From the NCBI GenBank assembly GCA_963700145.1, contig OY969474.1, positions 5,391,768-5,455,767 of the forward strand: 64,000 nucleotides of DNA, in the 5' to 3' direction. The DNA is from an uncultured Acidobacteriota bacterium. Its GTDB lineage: Bacteria; Acidobacteriota; Thermoanaerobaculia; Multivoradales; UBA5704. Shown here piece after piece: positions 35,690 through 44,502 of this stretch. The notes beneath the pieces were generated by a model. The model was not told the origin of the DNA. It was given only the letters and a program-made list of their open reading frames with translations, and searched no databases. A program made the translations under genes and the position numbers. Within the stretch, counting starts at the first letter, position 1; each line of letters begins with the position of its first letter.

Positions 35690-35890
35690 GAGATTCATCT
35701 CGGACGCTCGGAGATAAATCTCCTATAGACCGAGATCTATCTTTCCGGCCGGAAGATAAGACTCCCATGCATCGAGATCTATCTCCTGGGCTCCGAGTTC
35801 TATCTCCGGCGCTCGGAAATAGATCTTCCGGACCCCGAGATCTATCTTCCGCCGTCCGAGATAGATCTCGAGCAGCCGGAGATGAATCTC
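35690..35890. repeat. 10-unit array: 12-bp palindromic core GAGATnnATCTC + 9-bp unique spacers (21-bp period)
   Basis: Cores at 35690, 35711, 35732, 35753, 35774, 35795, 35816, 35837, 35858 and 35879; all nine spacers differ. Confidence 0.92.
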
Positions 35891-35976
35891 CAGCGCCTCC
35901 AGAACCGTGGTCTGGACCTCACAGGTGTAACGCCCGCTCGTCCGGGAGAGCCTATGTGGGCAAGGAGGCTCTACGC

Positions 35977-36387
35977 ATGCGACACAAAGCACGGCACTTC
36001 GTCCGGAGAAGCGCTCTCATCCTGGGGGCGGCCGCCGTCCTGGCGCTTCTTCCGCTCAGCGTCCAGGCAGACCCGATCCAGGACGGCGCCCTTGCGCCGT
36101 ACCGCGCCGGCTGGTTTGCGAACAACGGCCCGGGCGGTCCGTTGACCTGCTCCGAGACCTGCAAGGCGAAAGCGCCGGGCACGCTCGCCGAGTACGAAGC
36201 GACCTTCGTGTCGGTGACCAAGCGGGCCTTTGTGTGCCGCGTGGCGGGGAGGCCCAAGGGCGACATCCGGACCTGGCTCTACGGCAGCCAGTTCGACGAC
36301 CGCGCCGCCTGCTATACGACGGGGCTCGACCTCAAGGGGTCCTACAACGAGAGGTACTTCTGCCTTTGCGTCGCCAAGCCGGGGTAG
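35977..36387 (+). CDS. Secreted Cys-rich hypothetical protein
   Basis: RBS AAGGAGG, signal peptide, CSETC...FVCR...ACY...YFCLC pattern. Confidence 0.7.
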   Translation: MRHKARHFVRRSALILGAAAVLALLPLSVQADPIQDGALAPYRAGWFANNGPGGPLTCSETCKAKAPGTLAEYEATFVSVTKRAFVCRVAGRPKGDIRTWLYGSQFDDRAACYTTGLDLKGSYNERYFCLCVAKPG

Positions 36388-36453
36388 GCCGGATGATGCC
36401 CGGCGATAAGCTGCTTGAAGTCAACGGCTAAAACCACACACTGAGGAGAGGTT

Positions 36454-36744
36454 ATGAAAACGCGTCTGTTTACCGTCTTCGCCATCGTAGCCTTGATTGT
36501 CGTTGGTTACCAATCAGCGCAAGCGGCTCAGGTCCTTGGGCAAAAGAGGATCGACATCTTGAACCGGACCAGCATTAGGTTCTTTGTCACCGATCCTACA
36601 GGTAAGGGACTTGACCCCAAGCTCGGCTTTACGGCCAAGGGAAAGAGATCAAAGGGCACGAAATGTTATCTGTGTAGCGGTAACCCGAAGATTTGCTCGG
36701 AAATTTCTTGTGATGAAATAGTGGTCGTCAACACGGCGGATTGA
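36454..36744 (+). CDS. Small secreted Cys-containing protein, AT-richer
   Basis: RBS GAGGAGAGG, signal peptide ending AQA, CYLC...CSEISC. Confidence 0.65.
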   Translation: MKTRLFTVFAIVALIVVGYQSAQAAQVLGQKRIDILNRTSIRFFVTDPTGKGLDPKLGFTAKGKRSKGTKCYLCSGNPKICSEISCDEIVVVNTAD

Positions 36745-36804
36745 TAAGAAAGGAATGGTAGCGGGGTGGGGTGACCGGAAGGACACCGGCACGTGGGCCG
36801 GGCG

Positions 36805-37539
36805 CTACGGGGCCAGCCGCTTGCCGATCGCGTCGGCGGCGTAGAGGACCAGCGAGCAGCCGAGGGGGAAGAGCACCTCGTTGATGCCGCGGGAGAGGAG
36901 GCTCACGAGGTCGGCCTTCGCTCCCGCCGCCACGGTCACGCCGAGGATCGTGCCGCCGAAGACGAGGCCGGTGAGGAGCCCCAGCGCGACGTAGCTCCCT
37001 AAGGACCCGCGCGCGCCCTTGCCGAGGCGGCCGAGGGCCGCGCCGAGGAAGCCGAACTCGATCGCCTTGAGCAAAGCGAGGAGGAGGGGCGACGGTCCCG
37101 CCGCCACGGTGCCGGCCAGCCCCATCGCCACCGCCACCCCTTTGTGCAGCGACTTGGCGGCGGTGAAGGCGACGGGCGCCGAGATCAGGCCCAGGAGGCC
37201 CATTACCGCCGAGCGCGCCTTTCCCGCGGCGGTGCCGAAGGCGAGCCCGACGCAGACCAGGAACGACCAGGAGACCTTCTGCGCCAGGTCGGCGACGAAG
37301 GGCTTGGGGCTCGATCCCTGCGTGCCCGAGTAGGCCGCGGCGGTGAGGACGAGCACCTCCAACGCCACTCCCAGCCCGATCGACAGCCAGGCGACGCGCA
37401 GCACTGTGCGCATCAGCTCGTTCGTGGAGGAGGAGATGGTGGGCGCGGCGGCGCGCCCGGCCACGGCGGGCGCCGGCTCGTACGCCGGCCGAGAAGCCGG
37501 CGGCGGTGTATCGACGGACTCGTGCTGCGGCTCCGTCAT
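36805..37539 (-). CDS. Multi-pass membrane protein, unknown function
   Basis: About 6 hydrophobic helices, GC3-rich codons, follows the acyltransferase by 10 bp. Confidence 0.7.
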   Translation of the reverse strand: MTEPQHESVDTPPPASRPAYEPAPAVAGRAAAPTISSSTNELMRTVLRVAWLSIGLGVALEVLVLTAAAYSGTQGSSPKPFVADLAQKVSWSFLVCVGLAFGTAAGKARSAVMGLLGLISAPVAFTAAKSLHKGVAVAMGLAGTVAAGPSPLLLALLKAIEFGFLGAALGRLGKGARGSLGSYVALGLLTGLVFGGTILGVTVAAGAKADLVSLLSRGINEVLFPLGCSLVLYAADAIGKRLAP

Positions 37540-37549
37540 CCCGCGGATC

Positions 37550-38731
37550 TTACTCCCGCAATCCCTGCACGGCGCGCTCCCCGCGCGCGCTCTCGGGCAG
37601 CGGCCGGTCCTTCAGATGCCAGTGAAACGTTCCTTCCTGCGCGCGCCGCGCGGCGGGCGTGAGCCCGCGGTAGCCGCAGGGGGGGCGGCGGAGGTGCCGC
37701 GTCAGGCCGAGGAGCGGCCAGCCGAACGGCAGGTAGAACCCGAGCAGGTCCCAGTCGCGCAGGATGGCGTGGAGGCGGTTCCGCGCCGGCGGGCGGCGGC
37801 GGTTGCGGTCGTGGCACACGAAGGAGACCGGCCAGCCGCTCGGCAGGAGCGCGAGGAGCTTCCGCCGCGCCGCCCACAGCTCGCGGCGGAGCGACGGCGC
37901 GTCGTACGGCCGGCGGCCGTAGGCCGCGACTTGCCGGTCGAGCTCCGCCTGGCAGTCGCGGCGCACCCCGTCGGCGACCTCGCGGAGCTTGCCGCGGTCG
38001 GGGTCGTCGAGGTCGATCCCCGCCGCGCGCGTCCGCGCCGCCATGTCGATGGGGTCGCCGACGACGAAGACCATCCGCGCCGGCAGCGTCAGGTACCACA
38101 TCCAGGGGAAGAGCAGGGCGAGCGGCGCCGCCGGCAGCGGCAGGAAGGGCACGCGGAAGAGCCGCTGCATCAGGCCGTCGAGCGCCGGCACGGTGAAGCA
38201 GAAGGGGATCACCCACTCGGCGTTGACGATCGAGATCGGGTAGACCGGCGCGCCGTGGCGGGCGGCGAGGATGACGAAGCTCGTCGAGTAGCGCTGGAGC
38301 TGGTAGCGGCGGAAGAAGCCCTTGCCGATCCCCGGCACCCCTTCGGGGTAGTAGATCAGCCGCTCGCCGCGCGCCAGCAGGCGGTCGAAGTTGTCGAAGG
38401 TCAGGTCGATGCCGCCGCAGCGGCGCCAGAAGTTGTCGAGCCCGAAGGGGCGCATCCACCAGGTGACCGCCAGCTCCTTCTCGAAGACCGAGCGGAGCTT
38501 GGCCTCCGGCCGCAGCCCGTCGCGCCGCCAGAGCAGGCCCTCGAGCACCATGCCGTCGTAGGGGAAGGCGTTGCCGCTGTGGTTGGGGGCGAGGACCAGC
38601 GGCCCGCCCGTCGGGATCTTCTCGCCGCCGACCAGCTCGGCCCGGAAGTAGTGCCGGACGATCGGGCCGAAGACCTCCTGGATGATCGAGGCGGTGTAGT
38701 CGGGGTCGAACGGCTCGTAGGGCGCCGTCAT
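37550..38731 (-). CDS. PlsC/DGAT-like acyltransferase
   Basis: LVLAPNHSG...D, YYPEG, PVYPISIVNAE motifs; ATG overlaps the ABC1 kinase stop. Confidence 0.8.
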   Translation of the reverse strand: MTAPYEPFDPDYTASIIQEVFGPIVRHYFRAELVGGEKIPTGGPLVLAPNHSGNAFPYDGMVLEGLLWRRDGLRPEAKLRSVFEKELAVTWWMRPFGLDNFWRRCGGIDLTFDNFDRLLARGERLIYYPEGVPGIGKGFFRRYQLQRYSTSFVILAARHGAPVYPISIVNAEWVIPFCFTVPALDGLMQRLFRVPFLPLPAAPLALLFPWMWYLTLPARMVFVVGDPIDMAARTRAAGIDLDDPDRGKLREVADGVRRDCQAELDRQVAAYGRRPYDAPSLRRELWAARRKLLALLPSGWPVSFVCHDRNRRRPPARNRLHAILRDWDLLGFYLPFGWPLLGLTRHLRRPPCGYRGLTPAARRAQEGTFHWHLKDRPLPESARGERAVQGLRE

Positions 38732-40455
38732 TTGCGACGCAGGGCGGTCAGGATCCCGACCACGAAGAGCGCCACCCAGATCGGCCAAGGGCCGTCGGCG
38801 CCGGCGAGGACGGCGCCGGCGATCAGGCAGAAGCCGCCGAAGAGGGTGCCGCGCAGGCCGGTCAGCGGGTTCTCGGGGTGGCGCTGCGTCGCCTGCTGGA
38901 GGAGGCGCAGGCCTTCGGTCACCAGCATCGGCGACTTGACGATGGCGTCGAGCAGCTCGGGGGCGCCGCGCAGGCTCTCGCGGCCGATGCGCAGCGGGTT
39001 GAACTGGTCGAGGAAGATGCGGTGGATGTGCTGCTGCGACACCGCCGCGACGTCCATGCCCGGCTTGAGGATCTGTCCCACGCCCTCGAAGGTGATCAGC
39101 GCCTTGACCATCAGCACCATCTCGACCGGGAAGTACATCCCGTGCTGCGCTCCCTGGTTGACCGACTGCAGGATGAGCTGCCCGAGCGAGAAGTCGCGGA
39201 AGCTGGCGCTGCGGTGCCAGCGGACGAGGATCTCGGTGACTTCGCGGCGAAAGCCGGTCGGGTCGGCGCCGGGCCCGGGCTGCGCCACCGCGGCGAGATA
39301 GCGGGCGGCGTTCTCGGCGTCGCCGAGGACGAGCGTGTAGTAGTAGTAGAGGAGCGTCCGCCGCAGGTCGCCGTCGAAGCGCCCCACCATCCCGAGGTCG
39401 ATGAAGCCGGCCTTGACCGCGCCGGCGCGCCCGCCGCGCAGGATGAGGAGGTTGCCGGGATGGAGGTCGGCGTGGAAGAAGCCGTCCTTGAACAGCATGC
39501 GGATGATCGCCGCGGCGCCCAGGTCCACCAGCCGGTCGCGCTCGGCCTCTGTCAGCTCCTCGATCCGCGGGTCGCTCGGCTTGAAGCCGTCGAGGAACTC
39601 CATGCACAACACGCCGCGGCCGCTGTACTGGCGGTAGATGCGCGGGAAGACGACGTCCGGCAGGTCCTTGAAGTTGGCGGCGAAGGTCTCGGCGTTGTCG
39701 GCCTCACGCCGGAGGTCCACCTCGCGCCGGGTGTACTCGACGAACTCGGCGATCACCTGCCGCGGCCGGTAGCGCGGCAGCAGGAGCTGGAGGAAGGCGC
39801 CGAGGATGCCGAGCAGCTTGGCGTCGCGCGTCAGGGTCTCGCGGATGCCGGGCTTGACGACCTTGAGGATGACCGTGTCCCCTTCGCGCGTCGTGGCGCG
39901 ATGGATCTGCGCGATCGAGGCCGAGCCGATGGGGTGGGGATCGACCCAGGAAAACATCTCGTCGACCGGCCGGCGGAGGTCGGCGGCGACGAGCTCGAGA
40001 TAGCGCGGGAAGGAGACGACCGGCAGGCGGTCGAGGAGGTTCTTGAGCTCCTCGGTGACCGCGGCGGGGAGGAGGTCCTGGCGCAGCGCCAGCACCTGCC
40101 CCAGCTTGATGTAGGTGGGCCCCAGGACCTCGAGCCGCCGCCGGAGCTGGACCGGGAACGGACGATCGGAGATCGACTTGTCGAGGACGGGAGAGGCGAG
40201 CGCGGCGAGGAAGCGGGCGATGCCGTGGAGGAGCCGCGAGCGCCGCTTCGGCGGGAGGTCCGCCTCCCCGCGCCCGTAAGCGGCGAGCCCGCCGAAGAGG
40301 AGGCCGAAGAGGTGGCGCTGGGTGGTGAAGAAGCGGCGCACCAGCCCGGCCGGCGGGTGGTCGGGGAGGAGCTCGAAACCGCCGAGGTCGTCGGGAGGGG
40401 GAGGCGCCGGCTCCGCGGGCAGGGCGGCCGTGACCGGTGGAGGCTCCGCCCGCAT
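38728..40455 (-). CDS. ABC1/UbiB/AarF family atypical kinase
   Basis: LGPTYIKLGQ, SASIAQIH, FFHADLHPGN, DLGMVG; two C-terminal TM helices. Confidence 0.92.
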   Translation of the reverse strand: MRAEPPPVTAALPAEPAPPPPDDLGGFELLPDHPPAGLVRRFFTTQRHLFGLLFGGLAAYGRGEADLPPKRRSRLLHGIARFLAALASPVLDKSISDRPFPVQLRRRLEVLGPTYIKLGQVLALRQDLLPAAVTEELKNLLDRLPVVSFPRYLELVAADLRRPVDEMFSWVDPHPIGSASIAQIHRATTREGDTVILKVVKPGIRETLTRDAKLLGILGAFLQLLLPRYRPRQVIAEFVEYTRREVDLRREADNAETFAANFKDLPDVVFPRIYRQYSGRGVLCMEFLDGFKPSDPRIEELTEAERDRLVDLGAAAIIRMLFKDGFFHADLHPGNLLILRGGRAGAVKAGFIDLGMVGRFDGDLRRTLLYYYYTLVLGDAENAARYLAAVAQPGPGADPTGFRREVTEILVRWHRSASFRDFSLGQLILQSVNQGAQHGMYFPVEMVLMVKALITFEGVGQILKPGMDVAAVSQQHIHRIFLDQFNPLRIGRESLRGAPELLDAIVKSPMLVTEGLRLLQQATQRHPENPLTGLRGTLFGGFCLIAGAVLAGADGPWPIWVALFVVGILTALRRK

Positions 40456-40482
40456 GGTCCGGAAGGTTACCTTGTTTCCCGT

Positions 40483-40572
40483 TGTCATCCCGAGCGTAGC
40501 GAGGGATCTGGGCGGGGGCTGCCTGAACTCGCCACTCCCGCCCCCAGATTCCTCGCTGCGCTCGGAATGACA
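40483..40572. repeat. REP-like palindromic element, copy 3
   Basis: TGTCATCCCGAGCGTAGCGAGGGATCTGGG ... CCCAGATTCCTCGCTGCGCTCGGAATGACA inverted arms. Confidence 0.85.
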
Positions 40573-40589
40573 AGGCGAGGGGTACAACC

Positions 40590-41993
40590 CTAACCGCTGT
40601 TCAGCTCGTAGCTCTCCAGATGCCGGGGGACGCTGACCTTCCAGCTGAGCTCGCGCCGCATGCGCTCCGCCAGCGCCGCCGCGGGGCCGGGCTCGCCGTG
40701 GACGACGAAGGCTCGCTTCGGCGTTCCCTCGGCGGTCCCCATCCAGCGCATCAGCTCGCCGGCGTCGGCGTGGGCGGAGAGGCCGTCGATCTTCTGCACC
40801 CGCGCCCGCACCGGCACGTCGCGGTGGAAGACCCGCAGCGTGGTCGCGCCGTCGAGGAGCTGGCGGCCGCGCGTGCCTTCGGCCTGGAAGCCGACGAAGA
40901 GGATCGTGCTGCGGGGGTCGGGCAGGCGGTGGATCAGGTGGTGGAGCACCCGCCCGCCGGTGAGCATGCCGGCGCCGGCGATGATGACGAGCGGCCCGGG
41001 CATCGAGTTGAGCGCCATCGACTCGTTGCGCATCTTGGTGAAGTGGACGCTGCCGCCGCCGCGCAGCGGCGAGCGCCCCGCCGCCACGACCTCGCGCATC
41101 GCCTCGTCGAACTCCGCCGGGTGGCGGCGATAGATGCCGGTCGCCTCGATCCCCATCGGGCTGTCGATGTAGACCGGCAGGCGCGGCACCCGCCCGGCGT
41201 GCTCCAGCTCGCCCAGGTGGTAGAGGAGGTCCTGCGTGCGGCCGACGGCGAAGGCCGGCACGACGATCGCGCCGCCGCGCTCGACCGCCTCGCCGACCGC
41301 CCGCTCGAGCTGGTCCTCGATCGGCTCGCGCGAGTGCTCGCGGTCGCCGTAGGTGGACTCGACGACCAGCGCGTCGGGCGCCTTGCCGATCGCGGTCGGG
41401 TCGTCGAGGATCGGCGCGCCGTAGCGCCCGACGTCCCCCGAGAAGAGGAGACGCAGCCGCCCGCCGCCGTCCGGCGCCGCCAGCTCCAGGTGCGCGGCGC
41501 CGAGCAGGTGCCCGGCGGTGCGGTAGGTCGCCTGCCAGCCCGGCAGGGGCGCGAACTCCTCGTCGAAGCTCACGGTCCGCACCGCCTTCGCCGCCGCCCG
41601 CCCCTCGGCCTCGGTGAAGAGCGGCTGCGCCGGCCGGTGGCGCGTGATCCCCTTCTCATTGCGGTAGGAGGCTTCCTCTTCTTGCAGCTTCCCAGCGTCG
41701 GCGAGCAGCACCACCATGAGGTCGGCGGTCGGGCGGGTGGCGAAGACCGGCCCGCGGAAGCCGTCGCGCAGGAGCCTGGGCAGGTAGCCGGTGTGGTCGA
41801 GGTGCGCGTGGGTCAGCACCACGGCGTCGATCGCTTCCGGCGCCACCGGCAGCTTCTCCCAGTTCCGCTGCCGCAGCTCGGGCAGCCCCTGGAAGAGCCC
41901 GCAGTCCACGAGCACCCGCGCCCCCCCGGCCTCGACCAGGTGCTTCGAGCCGGTCACCGTCCCGGCGGCGCCGAGGAACTGGAGCTTCGCCAT
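40590..41993 (-). CDS. MBL-fold/beta-CASP ribonuclease family protein
   Basis: FLGAAGTVTGS, DCGLFQG, THAHLDHTG, ESTYGDR, PAFAVGRTQ, GLSAHAD, VHGE. Confidence 0.92.
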   Translation of the reverse strand: MAKLQFLGAAGTVTGSKHLVEAGGARVLVDCGLFQGLPELRQRNWEKLPVAPEAIDAVVLTHAHLDHTGYLPRLLRDGFRGPVFATRPTADLMVVLLADAGKLQEEEASYRNEKGITRHRPAQPLFTEAEGRAAAKAVRTVSFDEEFAPLPGWQATYRTAGHLLGAAHLELAAPDGGGRLRLLFSGDVGRYGAPILDDPTAIGKAPDALVVESTYGDREHSREPIEDQLERAVGEAVERGGAIVVPAFAVGRTQDLLYHLGELEHAGRVPRLPVYIDSPMGIEATGIYRRHPAEFDEAMREVVAAGRSPLRGGGSVHFTKMRNESMALNSMPGPLVIIAGAGMLTGGRVLHHLIHRLPDPRSTILFVGFQAEGTRGRQLLDGATTLRVFHRDVPVRARVQKIDGLSAHADAGELMRWMGTAEGTPKRAFVVHGEPGPAAALAERMRRELSWKVSVPRHLESYELNSG

Positions 41994-41997
41994 GGGT

Positions 41998-42597
41998 TCA
42001 GCCGGACGCGCGCGCGGCCAGCAGCTCCTCCAAGTCTCCCGCGAGATCCTTCCCGCGATCGAAGCCACGCTCGGTGATGAGCCGGACCGCGCCGCGGGCG
42101 TCCTCGAGGTCAGCCGGCCCGGCGGTCTTGAGCAGCGCGACGAGATCCCACTGATCTTGGGGGCGGTCCGGACTGCGGGAGAGCAGCTTGAGCGCGAGCA
42201 AGTGACCCCTTCGCGCGACGCGGACGCGGAGGCCGAGCACGGACTCCACCCACTCTGCTCCGGCGACGACTTCCGGTTCGATCCCGGAGGAGGCGAAGAG
42301 CAGGTCCAGGAAAAGCCCCGCTTCGGATTCGCCGGGGAACAAGAGGCGCGCGGTCGCGAGGCGGCCGACAACTTCTTGCTCGACCAGCGCGTCGAGCTGG
42401 AAGCCGCGACGGATCAACGCCGCGGTGACTTGCTCCGCGGCGTCGTCTCCAGTGACGGCGAGAGCGAGATCGACGTCGCGGGTGAAGCGCGGCTCGGCAC
42501 GCACCGAGACCGCGAGGCCTCCCACCAGCGCCCACTCGTGTTCCAGGTCGCGAAGCGCCGCCGCAGCCTGTTGCAACGCCGCGCCGAGGCGGCTCAC
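41998..42597 (-). CDS. MenT1-like nucleotidyltransferase toxin (AbiEii/DUF1814 superfamily)
   Basis: WALVGGLAVSVRAEPRFTRDVD, DLLFASSGIEPE, LKLL..RPQD..DL, ITERGFDRG; collinear with M. tuberculosis Rv0078A as I recall it. Confidence 0.82.
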   Translation of the reverse strand: MSRLGAALQQAAAALRDLEHEWALVGGLAVSVRAEPRFTRDVDLALAVTGDDAAEQVTAALIRRGFQLDALVEQEVVGRLATARLLFPGESEAGLFLDLLFASSGIEPEVVAGAEWVESVLGLRVRVARRGHLLALKLLSRSPDRPQDQWDLVALLKTAGPADLEDARGAVRLITERGFDRGKDLAGDLEELLAARASG

Positions 42598-42815
42598 GCG
42601 CCGCGCGGCCAGCGGACCACGCGGCCCGGCGCGTCGCCGTGCTCGGCGCCCGGCCGCTCGCGCAGCCAGGCGGCCAGCAGGCGTTCGATCTCCGCCTCCC
42701 CGGCCCCGGGGTGTTGCCGCCGGAGGTTCTCCCGCATGAGCTGCTCGCCGGCCTCGTAGAGGTCGAGGGCGGTCTGGAGCCGCTCGGCGAGGAGCTCTGC
42801 AGGCGAGCTGGACAT
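42594..42815 (-). CDS. MenA1-like antitoxin
   Basis: LQTALDLYEAGEQL...HPGA...EIE...AW...RPGAEHGD resembles Rv0078B as I recall it; stop overlaps the toxin start. Confidence 0.78.
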   Translation of the reverse strand: MSSSPAELLAERLQTALDLYEAGEQLMRENLRRQHPGAGEAEIERLLAAWLRERPGAEHGDAPGRVVRWPRGA

Positions 42816-42834
42816 GCTCTAAGTCTACCTCTGC

Positions 42835-44373
42835 CTACCGGTTCCGCCCGTACTGCTCGTGGCTCGACACCCAGTCGAGCGACGAGATCGCCGCCCCCAG
42901 CGAGATTTCTCCCGCCAGCGCCACTCCCGCCACGATCTCGGCGAGCTTCTTGACCTTCCCCTTGCCGACGCACCCCAGGATCTCCAGGCACTCGCGCTGG
43001 GTCGGCAGCGCCGTGCCGCCGCCGTGGGTGGCGACGATGAGCGAGGGGATGGTGAGCGACATGTAGAAGTCCCCCTTGGGCGTCACCTCGGTGTAGAGGA
43101 TGCCGGCCGAGGATTCCGAGACGTTCGCCACGTCCTGGCCGGTGGCGATGAACATGGCGGTGATGCCGTTGGGCGAGTGGCAGCCGTTGTTGTTGGCGCC
43201 CGACATGAAGGCGCCGACGTTGGCGACGTTGGAGTGGAAGTGCAGGGTCTCGGGATCGACCCGCATGTGCTGGACGAGGACGTCGCGCGGGATGACGCAC
43301 TCGGCCGTCACCCGCTTGCCGCGGGTGCGCATGATGTTGACCTGCGAGGCCTTCTTGTCGGTGGCGAAGTTGGACTCCAGGTAGAAATGCCGGATGTTCG
43401 GCGCGTTCTCGAGGATCCAGGAGCAGGCGGCGAAGGTGGCGCGACCGACCATGTTCTGGCCGGCGGCGTCGCCGGTCGTGTAGTTGAAGCGCAGGAAGAC
43501 GAAGCGGTTCGAGAGGTAGCGGTCGATGTAGGTCAGCTTGGCGACGCTGGAGGTCGCCTCGGCCTGCTCGCGGATCTCGTCCATGTGCTCGTCGATCCAG
43601 CGTCCGAAGTCCCGCCCCTGCCGCGCGTCGTCGAAGACGAAGACCGGCGCGCGCTGCATCTTGTCGCCGACCACCGTGCACATCACGCCGCCCGAGAGGT
43701 TGAGCACCTTGATGCCGCGGTTGTAGGAGGCGACGAGGGTGCCCTCGGCGGTGGCGAGCGGCACCAGGAACTCCCCCTGCGCGTGCTCGCCGTTGACCTT
43801 GATCGGCCCGGCGAAGCCGATCGGCACCTGCGCCACGCCGGTGAAGTTCTCGATGTTGCCCTTGGTGGCCGACGGGTCGAAGGAGAACTTGTCGATGTGC
43901 TGGAGCTTGACGCCGGCGTACTCCTCGACGAAGCGCTGCCGCTGCGCGACGATCTCGCGGCTGTAGTCGTTCTCCTTGTCGTGGGGGACGCTGGTGCGCT
44001 TGGCCGGCTCCTCGGCGATCGCGTCCTTGACCTTGAAGGCGAGCGAGCCGAAGGGCGTGGCCTCGAAGGCGAGCGCGATCTCGTGCGGCCCCTTGGGCAG
44101 CGGATCGATGCCGGCGCGGATGCGCACCACGCGCGACAGCGGGAAGGGGATGGCGTTCGCCGCCGTCACCTGCGCCGCCGGCAGCGACTGGCCGTCGAAG
44201 TCGAGGGTGAGCCGCGACGGCGGTACCTCGCGGCCGTCCACGCGCACCTCGGCGATGCGCGTCACGGTGGCGTCCGAGAGGCGGTTCTTGAGGGCGAAGC
44301 GGACGCCGTCCTCGTGGTTCTCGAGGCTGCCGAGCGTGTAGAGCTGCTTGAGGATGAGGCCGGGGATCTTCAT
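42835..44373 (-). CDS. Class I-type HMG-CoA reductase with extra N-terminal domain
   Basis: GNIENFTG, PLATAEGTLVAS, TGDAAGQNM, TDKK, ATGQDVA, HGGGT, LAGEIS; start MKIPGLILKQLY. Confidence 0.88.
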   Translation of the reverse strand: MKIPGLILKQLYTLGSLENHEDGVRFALKNRLSDATVTRIAEVRVDGREVPPSRLTLDFDGQSLPAAQVTAANAIPFPLSRVVRIRAGIDPLPKGPHEIALAFEATPFGSLAFKVKDAIAEEPAKRTSVPHDKENDYSREIVAQRQRFVEEYAGVKLQHIDKFSFDPSATKGNIENFTGVAQVPIGFAGPIKVNGEHAQGEFLVPLATAEGTLVASYNRGIKVLNLSGGVMCTVVGDKMQRAPVFVFDDARQGRDFGRWIDEHMDEIREQAEATSSVAKLTYIDRYLSNRFVFLRFNYTTGDAAGQNMVGRATFAACSWILENAPNIRHFYLESNFATDKKASQVNIMRTRGKRVTAECVIPRDVLVQHMRVDPETLHFHSNVANVGAFMSGANNNGCHSPNGITAMFIATGQDVANVSESSAGILYTEVTPKGDFYMSLTIPSLIVATHGGGTALPTQRECLEILGCVGKGKVKKLAEIVAGVALAGEISLGAAISSLDWVSSHEQYGRNR

Positions 44374-44502
44374 CGCGGGACGCAGTGTATCGCCGTGCCG
44401 GGGCGGCTTGTCAGGCCGCCGCCAAGCGCCGCCGCCCGGGGACGGGCGGCTTGTCCTCCTCCGGCCTCTTCCGTGCACCTTCAATAGCGAAAGGAGACCT
44501 GC

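Noticed and set aside
35690-35890. Canonical CRISPR array
   Set aside because: Repeats of 12 bp and spacers of 9 bp are far too short, and no cas genes are present; kept as a non-CRISPR array.
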